From Macrostomum lignano (lineage: Eukaryota), in the NCBI GenBank assembly GCA_002269645.1, contig NIVC01001833.1:62001-126000 (forward strand): 64,000 nt of DNA, given 5' to 3'. Of this stretch, positions 1 through 14,564 are shown piece by piece. A program made the position numbers and the translations under genes. The first letter of the stretch is position 1. Each line of letters starts with the position of its first letter. The notes beneath the pieces were generated by a model. The model had not been told where the DNA came from, ran no database searches, and worked only from the letters and a program-made list of their open reading frames with translations.

Positions 1-994
1 GTCGCTGATGCTGACCGTGAGTGCGGATTTGCTCAGCGGGAGTTTATGATTAGCAAAACGGCTGATGCTGAGGCTGCTGGAGAAGGGTCTGAAGTGCAGC
101 AGAGACAGGTGAGACTTTGGATACACGATTCTCTTTTTATATGTTCAATGTTTAATTTTCTTCTGCTCTTTACTTTTGTTTTTTCTTCCTTCCCTCTTCC
201 GCCCCTCTTCCTTACCCTCTTCCTTACCCTCTTCCTTACCCTCTTCTCGTCATCCTCCCCCACATCCCTCCCCCTCATCCTCCCCCTCATCCTCCCCCTC
301 TTCCATACCCTCTTCCTCCCCCTCATTCTCCCCCTCATCCCTCCCCTCATCCTCCCCCTCATCCTCCCCCTCATCCTCCCCCTCATCCTTCCCCTCTTCC
401 TCACCCTTTTCCTCCCCTCATCCTTCCCCTCTTCCTCACCCTTTTCCTCCCCCTCATCCTTCCCCTCTTTCTCACCCTCTTGCTCCCCTCCTTTTCCCTA
501 TAGAGCTAGCACAGCACTTTACCCTACAAAAGTTCATAAACGCAGCTAATCGCCCAGCGCCTACCCGCTCTCAGGTGACGCACCTGCAGTACGCAGACTG
601 GCCGGATCACGGTACGCCCAGCAACTTGGACGAGTTCCTAAATTTCGTTAGCCGGGTCCGGGCCCACCGGGCCGGCCACCTGGCCCCCGTGGTAGTGCAC
701 TGCTCCGCTGGCATTGGCCGGACTGGCGTCCTCATTGCCATGGAAACCGCTGTCTGCCTGATTGAAGCCGGCTTGCCAGTGAAACCGCTGTGTTTGCTGC
801 GTACGATGCGGAACCAGCGGCCGATGCTCATTCAGACAGCCGGACAGTACAGGTTCGTGTGCGAGGCCATCCTGCGCTACTGGCAACAGTCGGGCAGAGG
901 CGTCAGTCTTGCTGACCACCAGCTCGAGACCGCCGCTCAATCGGACGAAGCCGACGCCAACTCGGAGAACAACAACTCTGCTTCTGCTTGTTGA
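1..994 (+). CDS. 3' end of a non-receptor protein tyrosine phosphatase, PTPN3/PTPN4 (Ptpmeg)-like. Exons <1-108 and 575-994; the gene starts upstream of the window.
   Basis: Motifs [16 protein letters not shown] and [14 protein letters not shown] are present. Donor cag|GTGAGA at 109 and acceptor CTCTCAG at 574 (CTAAT branch-like site about 546) join in phase 0 as EVQQRQ|VTHLQY. The stretch [48 protein letters not shown] resembles PTPN3/4 from recalled sequence. TGA at 992-994. Confidence 0.9.
195..495. repeat. Pyrimidine-rich ~12-bp repeat (CCTCCCCCTCAT) filling the PTP intron
   Basis: Tandem copies are visible. They generate the spurious low-complexity ORFs 33-404 and 46-549 and the 5' part of 176-994. 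Confidence 0.9.
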
Positions 995-1116
995 GTGTTT
1001 TTTGCCGCTTAATAATTTGTTTACCAAAATTTAGTCAGGGAAATGCTAAAACTTATTTATTTTGTATGATTGTGCTAAAAGTTCTTCCTGAAGGCCGAGG
1101 GAAATTCCCCATGCAA

Positions 1117-1700
1117 ACTGGCACCCATCCCCGCAAAAGTGGCACCCATCCCCCGCAAAAGTGGCACCCATCCCCCGCAAAAGTGGCACCCATCCCCGCA
1201 AAAGTGGCACCCATCCCCCGGAAAAGTGGCACTCATCCCCCGGAAAAGTGGCACTCATCCCCCGCAAAAGTGGCACCCATCCCCCGCAAAAGTGGCACCC
1301 ACCCCCCGCAAAAGTGGCACCCATCCCCCGGAAAAGTGGCACTCATCCCCCGGAAAAGTGGCACTCATCCCCCGCAAAAGTGGCACCCATCCCCCGCAAA
1401 AGTGGCACCCACCCCCGCAAAAGTGGCACCCATCCCCCCAAAAGTGGCACCCTTCCCCCCAAAAGTGGCACCCATCCCCCCCCCAAAAGTATCACCCATC
1501 CCCCGCAAAAGTGGCACCCATCCCCCGCAAAAGTGGCACCCATCCCCCCCCCCAAAAGTGGCACCCATCCCCCGCAAAAGTGACACCCATCCCCCACAAA
1601 AACGGCACCCCTCCCACGCAAAACGGCACCCCTCCTCGCAAAAACGGCACCCCTCCCAACGCAAAACGGCACCCCTCTTACGCAAAAACGGCACCCCTCC
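1117..1700. repeat. 22-bp minisatellite (AAAAGTGGCACCCATCCCCCGC) just downstream of the PTP stop
   Basis: More than 20 tandem copies, degenerating at the right end. Confidence 0.95.
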
Positions 1701-4056
1701 TAATAAAAAATTGGACTCACCCTAAGAAATATGCCACTCAACACACAGAAATGGCACTCTCACTATAAAAGACACCCTCCCCGACACAAAAAATGACAAA
1801 CTTTCATAGTTACCCGCTTTGATAAAGATGAATTATGATTTGGCCTCCATTTTAGCCACCTCTTTTGACTTGCTATAAGACTTCAATAGCCCTATAGAAT
1901 GATTCGTTTGGTGTTATTAGGGTCTAAAATTTTGTTTAACTTTGCAATTGTAAGTCTTGGTCTTGTTTTAAGTCGTTTTTTATTCATTTAGTAGAGATTT
2001 GACTTTCTAAAACTTTTTTATCTTAGCTACTGACACTACTTATTGTGTGTAATATGTAGTACACGTAGAAGTAGCCGATCGTGAAGCAATATTAATGATC
2101 TTTCTGACCGCTCTACTTGCCCCGCACTACTTTGTCTTGGCGTTAAAGCTGAACAGTATTAAATCAGTGTAATTGATGTATAAACAAGTTCTTTTTGACA
2201 TGCTGTAATTTTAATATTTCTTGTTTGCACCAGGTTTTAGCTTTTCAGTAACTAATTTATAAACATATTTGTAATTTAGCAACCAAATCGGAACAAAAAC
2301 CAACTCATACTCACGTCATCCATATTTGGCATTTAAATCTGTCTTATTTAAAGTTATTGAGGTCTGATTCAAATTTCATGCTATCAATTCAGTTGATCGT
2401 TGAAAAATTTATCGATGCCCATAGTGTCGCAACCTCGGTTTTCTTTCAGTGGTTTTTTGTTTTAATTTTTGTTTTAACTTCACAAAGTGAAAATTTCGTG
2501 TTTACTAGTTGTGCACAAATTTCGCGTTAATAAGGCAATCAGCAGGATTTTTATCTATATTAATTATATTTTCATGCTTTGGTCAGAGCTTCACACGAGG
2601 TTTGGTTTTTTTACCTTTGCTTTTTATAATTCAAATTTTTTATACTACTACTATATATTCAAGTCATTCTTTGTCTTATTTGAATTCAACGGAAATGTGT
2701 GACCAGTCATTTCATTAAAAGTCTTGAACAGTCTTTGTTGCACTCTTCTCATATCCCTTATTTTGCATTCCATTGTGTGTCGCGTATCCTTATTGTAGTT
2801 TTTTTTCTTCTGTACATACCTACTTGTGTCTGCTATGAGTTTTGCCATGTTATTTATGCACCCTTGTCATATTTTAACCTGATGAATATAAGACTAGAAG
2901 TCAGAGTTCTATAGTAGGAAGTTTTTGCTCATATTTAATACACCATGTTGCAATAAAGCTTTTGCATATTTGTGTATTTAAAGTTAAATTTATGCCCACT
3001 CTTCAGACAACAATTGCGCTTTGTCAGATTAATTGCGTCAGCCACATTTTAAACAAATAGATGCATCCCTGTCAAATCATCGTTGTCGTAAATGGCTTTG
3101 TTTACGAGTTAATAATAAAGACCTGGTGGAATTAATTTCGATTTTACATTTATGCGAAACGAATCAAGCTTCTGTACGCTCGGTGTCAGCAAAATTCGTT
3201 GTGTATTTTTTCATACATTTTTTCTTTGTGGATAGAATACTGAGACGAGAGTATACTGACTAGTTCAGCACTTTTAACGGTACTGTGTTAAAAAATAGAG
3301 TGTAGCGTTCAGTATTGGGTAGAATCGTCCTCACTAATTTAAATTCAATGTAAAAAAAACTTTTTTGAGCTGCAGCTGATGGCCTGCACACTAAAATAGT
3401 TTATAAACACATTTAAACTGTATGCGATATAAGGACAGAAATGTTTAAACTCCGAACAATTGTTATAACATATCTGTCTCTGGCTATAAATCTGATCAGA
3501 ATAGTTATTTTTTCAAGTTCTGGAACCAGGACTTTTTTACAATGCTAATTGTCATCCTCACAGCAATCTAAATGCATTTCAAAGATATTCAATCTGTACC
3601 CTAAATAACGTGCTAGAAGAAAAAAATCAACTGTCATTTAACTATTAAATTACATTCAATGAAACAGCATCAAATTTCGATGACATTTTTGCGATCCTAC
3701 TGTAACTATACGCATGATTATCCGTATAAATCCGTGGTAAACGATTAAAAACAAACAAAGCGATATTATTTTTCCTAAAAATACTTTTCTACGTATTTAT
3801 AACCTAATATTTTAATATCGTCAGTTTTTAGGTCTTTTTTGTTTTTTGCTTTTTTAATTGATTGTGTATTTTCCGGCTTTTTTATCTTTCAAAAGTTTGA
3901 AAATAAAAATAGTGGACGTCTCTGCTCGAGAGCTGTTCAAATTTTAATATTACACCGTTCGATTTGCTTAGTTTAGTTTAGTACCTTGTCAGTGTAATTT
4001 CAAAATCAGCGGTAGACAAGTTCATTATATATCGATAGTAATTCCAATTATTAGCA

Positions 4057-7000
4057 ATGGCTAAGGCATGCTTTCACTGCATGAGGATATTGGTGATCCT
4101 CTTCAATTTGATTTTTGTTGTAAGTACTTAGGGCCTATTTCATTTTGTTGACTATTCGTTGAATCTATCTTTCGTTGACTTGACTGTAACTATCATGTTC
4201 TCTTTAATTCTTCGCTAGGCCTAGTAATAATTATAATATGTGTTAATAAGTTAATGTGTGCTTTAACTGATCAACATGAAACTATAGGCTATAGGCCTAG
4301 CGCTACTTTTAAGTTTCCACACACTTGCAAACAAGTAATGCTTGTCTGTCTGCTAAATTAAAATAACTGCATTTAAGCCTAAAATAAACAATTCATGATT
4401 TTTTGTTTTCTCTTTTTAATTTCATTGTTAAATTCACATCTAGGCTGTATTGAAGACTTTATTATTAAAGAAACTATCAGTACGCCACTGCAGTTTGATT
4501 CACATTTTTTTATATTATTGAATTTAGCTAAACAAATAATTTTAGTTTTAGTTTCTTACTCCTGGGAGTGCAAGGAACTGTTGTAACATGTAAAACATTT
4601 GTTTGTTTGTTTATGACAATAAATGTAAGCCTCACTGTAAACCAGAAAAGGGAGTTCATAGTTTAGTATATATGGCAAAATCCAAAAATGTGGGTTAAAA
4701 CAGTAAAACAAATCTGTGGACATTTGATAGAAGGTAATGTATCTAAAAAAGCTTTTTGAAAGATGTCTTAAAAAATAGTTCTAGAAAAAAACTATTGTTT
4801 TCATGCTTTACATCATTAAAAAATGAATAAAAAACCACAAAAAAAGCCTTTTGAAAGTCCAAGTTAACCAATTCGCAATTTTTTGTTTCACTTTTTTTAA
4901 AACCACATTAACTTGCAAAAATTCATACTAATTTGAAATGCAAAGTTTGCTAGCAAACATCTTTCTCTAAAAGTAAATATTCTGCTAATTCTGTTGCAAA
5001 ATAATCTTTAAGCTGTTTTTTTTTCATTGAAATATCCACTTGCATACCATGGTCAGGAAGGTGCAGCGTGTGCGCCGGAATAACATCCATCAAATTTTTT
5101 GTTGTGCGCCGCGTGCATCAAGAAAAAAAATTACTTGTGCACCATGTGCCAAGAAAAATACACTTGAAAAAGCACCATCAAGTATTAAGTATCTAAATTG
5201 AATCAATATCAATGGAAGTTCAAGCAGTTCAATCATGGCTTCTATTTGCAAAATATATGCAAAAAGGCGCAACAAAAGCCACGAAAGGTGCAAATTTGTT
5301 AAGTTAAAATTGTTTAAATTGTTTAAACAAGTTTAAATTTGTTAGAAACAACATTGGAAATAACGACTATCGTATCAACTATCGTTTATTTTATTGATTG
5401 ATTGACATTTAATATACGTTTTTTTATTATTCATTATTATATTGTCACGTACACTGACGTACCTTGTGCGCCATGCGCCAAGCCCATGCGCGCGGCGCAG
5501 TGAAGTGTGCACCGGCAAATTGCTGATTTGTGCTGGAAAATTCCGATGATTCTACTGTCTTCCTAGCTGTGGCTTGCATAGTATTAGTGTATATAATATA
5601 CCTATATTTAGACTTAAATTTTTGGGTAAAAAATGGTACCATAAAATATAAACCTGGCATCTAAATCAAATTCTTATTGTAGGCTTATAAGACAGCAAAG
5701 AAGAATAAAATTACACTTAAATATGTATCATTATGGCATGTATGTAGGAAAAAAATAATTTTCCAAATCCCTTTAGTAGAAGCTGAGTAAAATGCAATTT
5801 TCCATTCCTTATGGGAATTCATATTCTTAAATAATAAACTTACATCAAATATAGTATTTATTGCAAACAAACTCTACAAAATACATGTTGTCAATAGTAA
5901 CAAAAGTGATAAACAAATAAACTCTTAAAAAGAATAGTAAATGTTGTAGCATTAAAGAATGTAATATTACTTAATAACTTAAATTCTTAATAAACACATT
6001 ATTAGAGCTTTTCTATCATTTTAATTATAGTCATTTGAGTTGTAATTTAATTTACTTTTTTAACAAATTATTTTATAAAAAAGGCTATACAAATTAAATT
6101 AGCATTATATAAATTTATTAAATTATTTTATCATATAGTATGATTAATTTATAATATAAAGGCTATCTCAAAAGTAGTGAACTACTTTTCTTTATATCTT
6201 TCATTCTAAAGATTAATATAACATTATTTTGCACAATTTTATAGTGGCAACTCTCTTCTTTATATAAATTTTAACATCTTTAAAAACAAACAATTTAAAA
6301 AGGTTGCTAGCTAAAATGTAGCAGGAGCTTAGCCATAGACCTAGAGTAATTTAACAAGCTTGCAAAATTTTGAAATAGAAGCTGACAAATTGGTGAATGA
6401 CTAGATTAGACCCATGAGCCAATGAAAGTTGCTAGCATGAATATTGGCTACAGTATGCTCTGTCCTACAAAGGGTATAGGGGTACATTCTCCTAAGCAAC
6501 ACTTGAATGCATATCTATGATTTTTGGTATAAAAAAAGAGAACAAAAAGCAATAAAGCTGAAGCCCAATAGAAAATTTTCTACTGCTTTAGAATTTTTAT
6601 GATTTTCCAAGTTTTTCTATAGATATCTCTTTGTCAAAGCAGTCTAACAAAAAAGTCTGAGTGCATTCAATCAAAAGTACTTTCACTATTTTCCACTAGC
6701 TTGTTAACTTACTGTAAGTCTATGGTCAAGCTCCTGCTATATTTCTGTTCCTAACTTTGTTTCCATTGTCTGATTTTAAAGATGTTAAAGTTATGAAGAA
6801 GTTTATATAAAGAAGAGAGTTGCTGCTATACAATTGTAAAAAATGTGTTATTTGGATCATCAAGAGGTATATTGAAAAGTAACATTACTTTTGGGACAGC
6901 CCTCATATTTTATGTTGAAATAGTTTAGGTATAATACATAAAATTAAATATAAAGAAATATTGGTTATAGCAGAACCCTAAGAAAGAATCATTAAATCAT

Positions 7001-9543
7001 TGATCTATGGTATCACTATCACTATAGTAGCATCTCCTTACTAAAAAAGAATGAAGTTACTCCTATTATTTATAAACAAAATTATAAATTAGTATAACAA
7101 AAATACAGATTTTTTATTTTAAAAGTCTGTTTTCCTACTAATCTGTAATATTTCAGAGTGACTTTACTATCTTAAAGTTACTTTCTAATTCTTTTTGTCT
7201 TGTTATTTAACTAGTACTATGCTAATTACTATGGTAAATGCAGCCCTAAACAGTGTCCCCCTGTTGAAGCTTATATTTCTTCATTAATAAAACTTCCAAT
7301 AATCTCTTTGATTTTGAACAGCTTGTCGGATGCGCCATTCTCGGCATCGCCATCTTCCTCTATGTTGACAAGACCTTCAAAGGCATTAAAGACAATATGG
7401 AGGAAAGCAAAATTGTGCTAGACATTATTCTATTCTCTGCTATTGGTGTAGGTGGCATTACAATCATTGTTAGCACGTTTGGCTGCTGCGGCGCCTATCA
7501 CGAGTCCGAGTGCCTGTTGGGCACCTACTTTCTCTGTCTGTTTATCATCGTTGCCACCGAGGTTGCTGCTGGGGTGCTCATCTTCGTCAAGTCTGACAAG
7601 GATGTTGTGAGTTGACTCGCTTGACTTACTACTCTAATCTCTGCCCTATATGACTTGGTATCCCCCTGCCGTCACATATTTAGCCTCTATGACCTGATCT
7701 GCCCCTGCTGTCATATCTTTACCCTCTATGACCTGATCTGCCTCTGCTGTCATTTATTTACCCTCTATGACCCGATCTGCCCCTGCTGTCATATCTTTAC
7801 CCTCTATGACCTGATCTGCCTCTGCTGTCATTTATTTACCCTCTATGACCCGATCTGCCCCTGCTGTCATATCTTTACCCTCTATGACCTGATCTGCCTC
7901 TGCTGTCATATCTTTACCCTCTATGACCTGATCTGCCTCTGCTGTCATTTATTTACCCTCTATGACCTGATCTGCCTCTGTTGTCATATCTTTACCCTCT
8001 GTGACCTGATCTGTCTCTGCTGTCATGTCTCTTAACCCTCTATGACCATATCTCCATCTGCCCCTGCTGTCACATCTTTAACCCTCTATGACCTGATCTG
8101 CCCCTGCTATCGTATCTTTACCCTCTATGACCTCTATAAGTCATATCCTTGCTCTGTCCCCTATTCCTTACTTACCCTTTAGGACCCTAACATCTCCCTC
8201 TATACCGTTTTATATGTGTTCTCCTACTTCCTACTACTAATGTCCCCTATTCCCACTTTGCCCTCCAGTGATCCCATTCTGAGTTCTGCTCCATTTGTCT
8301 ACCTTTATGGCGAGGCCCCTTTATTAATTCATCTTGTTATCTCAGGTCAAATAAATCATCAATAAACACCCTCCGCCTTCAGTTCCGCGAAGCCATCAAC
8401 AAAAGCCTGCTATCATCGGTTGAGTCGTACATGAAAGATGCCGGCGATGCAGCCCCGCCGCAGCACCTGCGCTCCATTCAGAGCTATATGAAATGCTGCG
8501 GCGCCAACTCCGTGTTTGACTATGCCAGCAGGATGGAACTGGTTAGCAGTCGGGATAAAGTGATTAAAGTTGGTAAAGCTTGTCTGTCTGATAAAGAATC
8601 GCCCGACTTAACGGATCTGATGGCCTTGAAAGATGTAAGAAACTAAATGATTTATTATTGTTTATTACTACTCGAAAATCATCTTTTCTTTGCCTTATCA
8701 CTAATTATATACTTTTTCAATACCATTCAGGGCTGCACCGATAAGATCATGACTTTCCTGTCTAACAACAAGCTTTGGGTATTGATTACCGTTGTAATTG
8801 TTGCCGCCTTCGAGGTGAGTTTCGCTAACCGACTTTTCCGCAATTGTACATGCATCTCTTAATGTACACTCTCCCTGACCCTCTCTTCACCCACCCCTGC
8901 AGTGTACACTGTTCACCCACCCCTGCAGTGTAAACTGTTCACCCACCCCTGCAGTGTAAACTGTTCACCCACCCCTTGCAGTGTAAACTGTTCACCCCCT
9001 CTGCAGTGTACACTGTTCACCCTCTCTGCAGTGTACACTGTTCACCCTCTCTGCAGTGTACACTGTTCACCCTCTCTGCAGTGTACACTGTTCACCCCCT
9101 CTGCAGTGTACACTGTTCACCCTCTCTGCAGTGTACACTGTTCACCCCCTCTGCAGTGTACACTGTTCACCCTCTCTGCAGTGTACACTGTTCACCCTCT
9201 CTGCAGTGTACACTGTTCACCCTCTCTGCAGTGTACACTGTTCACCCCCTCTGCAGTGTTCACTGTTCACCCACCCCTTGCAGTGTACACTGTTCACCCT
9301 CTCTGCAGTGTACACTGTTCACCCACCCCTTGCAGTGTACACTCTTCACCCCCTCTGTTGTGTACACTGTTCACCCACCCCTGCAGTTTACACTGTTCAC
9401 CCACCCGAATGTACACTCATCACCCACCCCCGAATGTACACTCAACACCCAACCTATTCCAGCTGCTCACTCTGATTGTCGCCATGAGTCTGTGCTGCAC
9501 CGTGAGACGCATGGAGTCCGGCTACATTGGCGTTAGCACCTAA
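4057..9543 (+). CDS. Tetraspanin, about 254 aa. Exons 4057-4119, 7322-7606, 8383-8634, 8731-8814, 9463-9543.
   Basis: All four introns are GT-AG and phase 0. There are four hydrophobic segments, FGCCGAYHESECLLGTY after TM2, a CCG motif in the large extracellular loop and GC before TM4. TAA at 9541-9543. Confidence 0.92.
6157..6905. mobile_element. Old Tc1/mariner-type MITE in tetraspanin intron 1
   Basis: Degenerate inverted ends: AAGGCTATCTCAAAAGTA at about 6159 versus the reverse complement GAGGGCTGTCCCAAAAGTA at about 6886-6904. The inverted similarity extends about 200 bp inward and the flanks are TA. Confidence 0.55.
7640..8140. repeat. 39-bp minisatellite in tetraspanin intron 2
   Basis: Unit ACCCTCTATGACCTGATCTGCCCCTGCTGTCATATCTTT, about 12 copies. 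Confidence 0.95.
8870..9440. repeat. 25/29-bp minisatellite with a palindromic core (CAGTGTACACTG) in tetraspanin intron 4
   Basis: Unit CTCTGCAGTGTACACTGTTCACCCT, about 20 copies. Confidence 0.95.
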
Positions 9544-12500
9544 ATGATTTTGGCTTGGGTTGCGTCAGCAGAGAGAGACTTGCAACTATTTATTATGTGA
9601 CTAATTAAACAGTTGGAATGCAGTGTTCCGATGGCTCTGGTTTTGTTATACAGTTTTTTTTCTCCCAGTTTTTCTTCAACTTTTTACAAACAAACAAAGA
9701 ATCTAAACTAAACTATCTATTGGAAATCCAAAAAAACGAAGACATTTTTTTTGTTTCAAAGTGCGTATTGTATTTGGTTTAACAGTTGTTTTTACACACT
9801 GCAAGATGTGTATGTGTTAATACTGTGTTGTCACTTCACCCTGAGGTGACAGTGGCGCAATGTCCAGTTCGGACGTTATTTTCATTTTACGCTATTAAAT
9901 TTGGATTATTATACTAAATTATGTTTACGTATAGTATATATATATATATATCTGTTGTTAAGCTAGTGCAATAATGCTCTCTCTCTCTATCCCTGTTTTA
10001 CTGTCAATATTACAATTAATTTATTTATTATCATATTAATTAGCTTACTTAAATCGCTTCTTTTTCTCGGTGGCATTACCTAAATTACAATCGTTCGCGT
10101 GTGTGTACATAAGCTTGCCTGTCCCACTATATATATTTATTAAAATGCTAATATTTGTGTCGCAGTTTTTATCGGAAACCCCTGATGCTGCTTGCTGATA
10201 TTACACAGCTTAACTAACTGTTAAGCGATAAATTATTCAGTTGAAGTTTGTTTTTTGCTCTTCTCCGTTGTTTTTAGTCGAACGATCTCCATTATTTATA
10301 CTGTGTATTGTGTAATACGTGTCTACGTCTTGAAATTATTGTTATTATTATTAATAATCATACGTGTTAAAACTAAACTTCGCAAAGTTTAATTATCTCC
10401 ACAAATATATATTTTTTAGATAGTGTGAGTAAATTACAGTTGCTGTCATCTATTATTATTATTATTAATTACTAATTGTCTGTCTTGTCGCTTTTTGTGC
10501 TACTGAAGCTTATTAATATTATTATTATAACAAAACACCTTGCAACTTTAATGTGTTTTCCGTTTCCCGGAAACTAATAATAACTAAACTAATAATCAGC
10601 AATATTATTGTTCAACTTTTTAGAGTCAGAAAATTTAATAAAAAAGAACATTCGCTTTGTGATTGACGGTGTTATTGGTGTCGTTATTTTGAGGCAACTG
10701 TTCGAACTTCGTTGACCTTGGCTGGCATCATGTGTTATTTTAGCATTTTATGACTGCAGCTGCTACAAGTTCGCGCGTTGCTAGTTAGAATTATCTAATC
10801 TAAATCGAAACGTTGAAAAGTATGCATAATTTAACATTTGGGTTCAGAACTTCAGATTTGAATTCGAATTCGCAGGTTTCTCGGTTTGCTTCAGACACTT
10901 GCAGTTGCAGTTGTGCAGTGGAGCGGATTTAGAAAGGCACAGACAGAACAAGGGTAGACGTTGAACTAAGCAACGGAAGAAGAGCGATGGCAAGGGACGC
11001 TCGGTCGGGGGTTGGAATTATTGGCTGGCCTGCCATTTTGAGGCCTTCAACCACGCATGGCTGGGCTTCTGGCCTGGCTCTACTACACGGCTAGGTCTAA
11101 TCCCGGCCTGAACAATAAGTACAGCCTGACATTGGACCAGATAGAGATTTCTCTGTCCTTATCGGCTGGGTATGTACGTTTGCCTAATTTGGCGGTTCCT
11201 GCGCGACGGGGGGTTGGGAGAGGGTTAGAAGGTTTGGAACTGAACTGACTGTTCGTTCAAAATCGATGCGCGGGGGGGGCTTGCCTAAGAGTTTTTTCTC
11301 TCGCCTTGTAAACCTCTCTCCCAGTCCCCCACTATAACGGAGGAATATGGGGGTGATGGGCACGGGCGGAGGGCATGGAGTCGGAGGGTGGTTTGAAGAT
11401 ACTAGGCTTCTCTTTTCTTTGTAATTAAGATTAAGACCGACAAACCTAGAGAGAGATGTACAGTACATGTACTCACTGTACACACATTTTGTCAGGCCTA
11501 TATTTAGCAGTTATTTCAGAGAAATTACGAGTAAGACATCAAACGGTCCGTTAGTTGAAATTTAAATGTACATTGCTACTGTACATCGTCTTTTATCTTA
11601 TCTTCAGTTCAGTTTTCCTCTTATTAACTCTGCCGTTGGCCTTCTCGCCGGAAAGTATATCGACTTGTACATGTTTAAATGTTTTATGTACATGTATTGG
11701 GTTGGCCGAAGTTTTAATTTTGTACCCTTATAATTATTTATGCCTGTTTTCCTAATTTTCCCTTTCTCGGGCTGGGGCTGTTCGTCTGTGTTATGTTGAA
11801 GGCTTATTGGTGGAAAAAAGCAAGAGAAGGATCAGCCAGAACTTTGCCTGGCTCGCAGCTACAGCTAATCCACCAGAGAATGTACACATACATGTAGGCA
11901 CAGTTACATTGCGCCGATATCCGTTACCCCCCGGTCACATGCAGGCACGCGTAGCTACATGCACTCATAGCTCTCCCAACTCGGTAGAAATCCCAAGGCA
12001 TGTTGAGGGCTATAAATTATTTTTTCGGTAATTACTGTATACATAACCCAGAGTACATGTACGTCAAAGTATTTTCCCCTGGCAGCTAATGCTAAGTTGT
12101 TCTTGGCCGGTTGCTGTTGGTAGGAAAACTGCATGGAATTGCTGCCTTGGCGATCTTCTGTCATACCCCAAGAAGTTCCCCCATTGGGAGTGGGAAGGTA
12201 GGACGTAGTTCACACTGTATAGAGCCGCAGCCGCAGAAATGCCTCTGCCAGTTTCTTTTTTAGCTCCCAGTATCCCCTTTGTATAGAAAAATCCATATCG
12301 CCATGTCTATCTATAGCAGTTGCACACTCTATTCTTATTCCATATTTTGATGCCACCATACAAACACCACAATACACTGCCATGCAGTTTTCCTGACATT
12401 TCATATACAGGGCGCGAGATTCTAAAAAATGCTAGAAAATCTCAGTAAAGGGATATAGTAAAAATATTCTGTATATGCACGCAGCACGACTGCATAATAG

Positions 12501-12709
12501 CATATACATGCACAGATGAAAAAGCGTCGAAAAAAGATCATCGATCAGTTATATATTTGCCAGAATCATTGCGCTTCCGGTGCACACTGCATGGCTAGGG
12601 CCTTTATTATCTGGAATTAAATGGCTTCCGTTAGTGGAGCAGCCAATTTTATTGCGCAGGAATGAATAAAAATCTGTACTCTGCGACGGGGTAATCAGTG
12701 AGATAAGTG

Positions 12710-12975
12710 CCTGCATGCGGCGCCAAAATGAGTTCCTGCGGCGCTAAAGTTATTGCCTGCATGTGGCGCTTCAATGAGTGCCTGCCGCGCTAAAGTTATT
12801 GCCTGCATGTGGCGCTTAAATGAGTGCCTGTGGCGCTAAAGTTATTGCCTGCATGTGGCGCTTAAATGAGTGCCTGTGGCGCTAAAGTTATTGCCTGCAT
12901 GTGGCGCTTAAATGAGTGCCTGCGGTGCCAAAATGAATGCATGCGGCGCTACAAATGAGTGCCTGCGGCGCCAAA
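12710..12975. repeat. 46-bp minisatellite built from two related subunits
   Basis: GCCTGCATGTGGCGCTTAAATGAGT+GCCTGTGGCGCTAAAGTTATT recurs at 12801, 12847 and 12893. Confidence 0.85.
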
Positions 12976-14564
12976 CATTAGTAATACAACACGGATTCTT
13001 CATTTAGGATTCTTGGTTTTGTCCCCCCGCCCCGCACCATGAAATTCATGGCGACGCCTCTGCAGAGTGCATGCAAAAAACTTTTCTGCCGCCAATTCAA
13101 ACGCACAATACTCGTAGACCGCAGCGCGCCGTTGTGAAAAAAACTGGCCTGCAATTTCTTTTGGAAGAATTACCTGCCTAATTGGGACAGCTAGGGGGCA
13201 GGCAGAGTTAAACTGCAGGGCAGGGCTGAGTGTGCATTAAATTGGTCGTCTGCATGGCACTCAACGCACTTGGAAAAAAGGTGTCAAGCTAGCTAAAGCT
13301 CGAACTGCAGTTATATCTCTACTTTTTTAATTTTCCAGTGTCACTTGAAAATGTACAGGAGTATAATATAATAAGTAAAGCAAAATGAAATGTAAAAAAA
13401 TAAAAAATTCAAATTTTAAGCTGTACAGACTATAAAATGTGTGGCATAGCTCTAACAGACTACTTACAAAAATTAGAAAGTAGTCTTAACAATGTGTTAG
13501 AAGTTAGTTGTACCTATTGCAACATACTTATGTTCATTTAAGTTTAAGCCTTTCTTAATAAAAGTTTAAAAGTTGCTGTGATTGAGTTCGTTGTCGATAA
13601 GTTCTCCACGGCTGTCCGAGATGGTTGAATACTACAGCGGATTTGAGCGTTGCATGAAGTCTCCAAAGACAAGCTGGTAAGAGCCGTTGGAGCAGTCGAG
13701 GTGATATGCGCGATGCGAAATTGGAAGCCGTTCAGACTGTCCGGATAGGGACGCCCGCAACTGCCTCCTTATCCAACCATCGGGTCCTTTGAAACTTCCA
13801 CAATAGCAATCCCGCCTTATTCAGGGTTTGTCTCCTCTTCTTCTCGTTCTTGTCCTGTCTCGTTTTCATTCTCTAACTTTATCCTCTTCTCTTTTCTCCT
13901 CTCCTGTTCAGCAGCCCTCAAGCTATTCCCTCGCTTCTTTTTTCTTTTTATCTCACTTCAGTGGCGTAGGCAAGGAGGGATAAGGGGATGTACCCCCCCC
14001 GTGGGGCTGGGGGTCTGATGTGGGGGCATGAAAAAAGTAGGTAAAAAGAGAAACAAAGTTAACAAATGGTCTTAATCTAAAAAGATGCTGATCTAACAGG
14101 ATGTGCACAGATAGCTATGTAACTAGCACGGTGAGTACCAGAAGCGCTAAAATGAGTGCCTGTGGCTCCAAAATGAGTGTCAGCAGCGCTAAAAAAATTG
14201 TAGTACTCATACTTGTACAACATAGTAGCAGGCACAGTGGATGGCGCATGTAATTTTTTCGAAAAGTTACGTTACGCAATACTAATAAGCAGTCTCACCA
14301 GTTGTATCCCTCCCGTGAAATTTTTCTAGCTATGCCTGTCTCAATTCTCTTTGATCTATTCCCTCTCGTCTTTCCTCTGGCCCGCAGCCTTGCTCTGGAT
14401 GCTCTATATCTGGCCTTTTAGGTAAATGTTATCCGACCCCCTGATTAAAGTGGCAAAAAACTGAAAACACGATTCTAACTTTCAACAGATACCATGGCAA
14501 TGACCACATTAGTTGTAATTTATTAACGTATATTTGCGAAGAAAATGTACTTATAGCCGCTAAG

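Noticed and set aside
33-1768. Long low-complexity ORFs (33-404, 46-549, 988-1725, 1139-1768 and others)
   Set aside because: They are translations of the 12-bp and 22-bp repeats. Only 1-108 and 575-994 fit the spliced PTP model.
7655-8035. Cys/His-rich ORF resembling a metallothionein or zinc finger
   Set aside because: It is the 39-bp intronic minisatellite read in frame, with no ATG context.
8902-9475. Cys-rich repeat ORFs
   Set aside because: These come from the 25-bp intronic minisatellite; only 9463-9543 is exon.
13959-14340. CAGTGGCGTAG-type transposon end, and a hAT-like end at about 33790
   Set aside because: A matching second TIR and a TSD could not be established.
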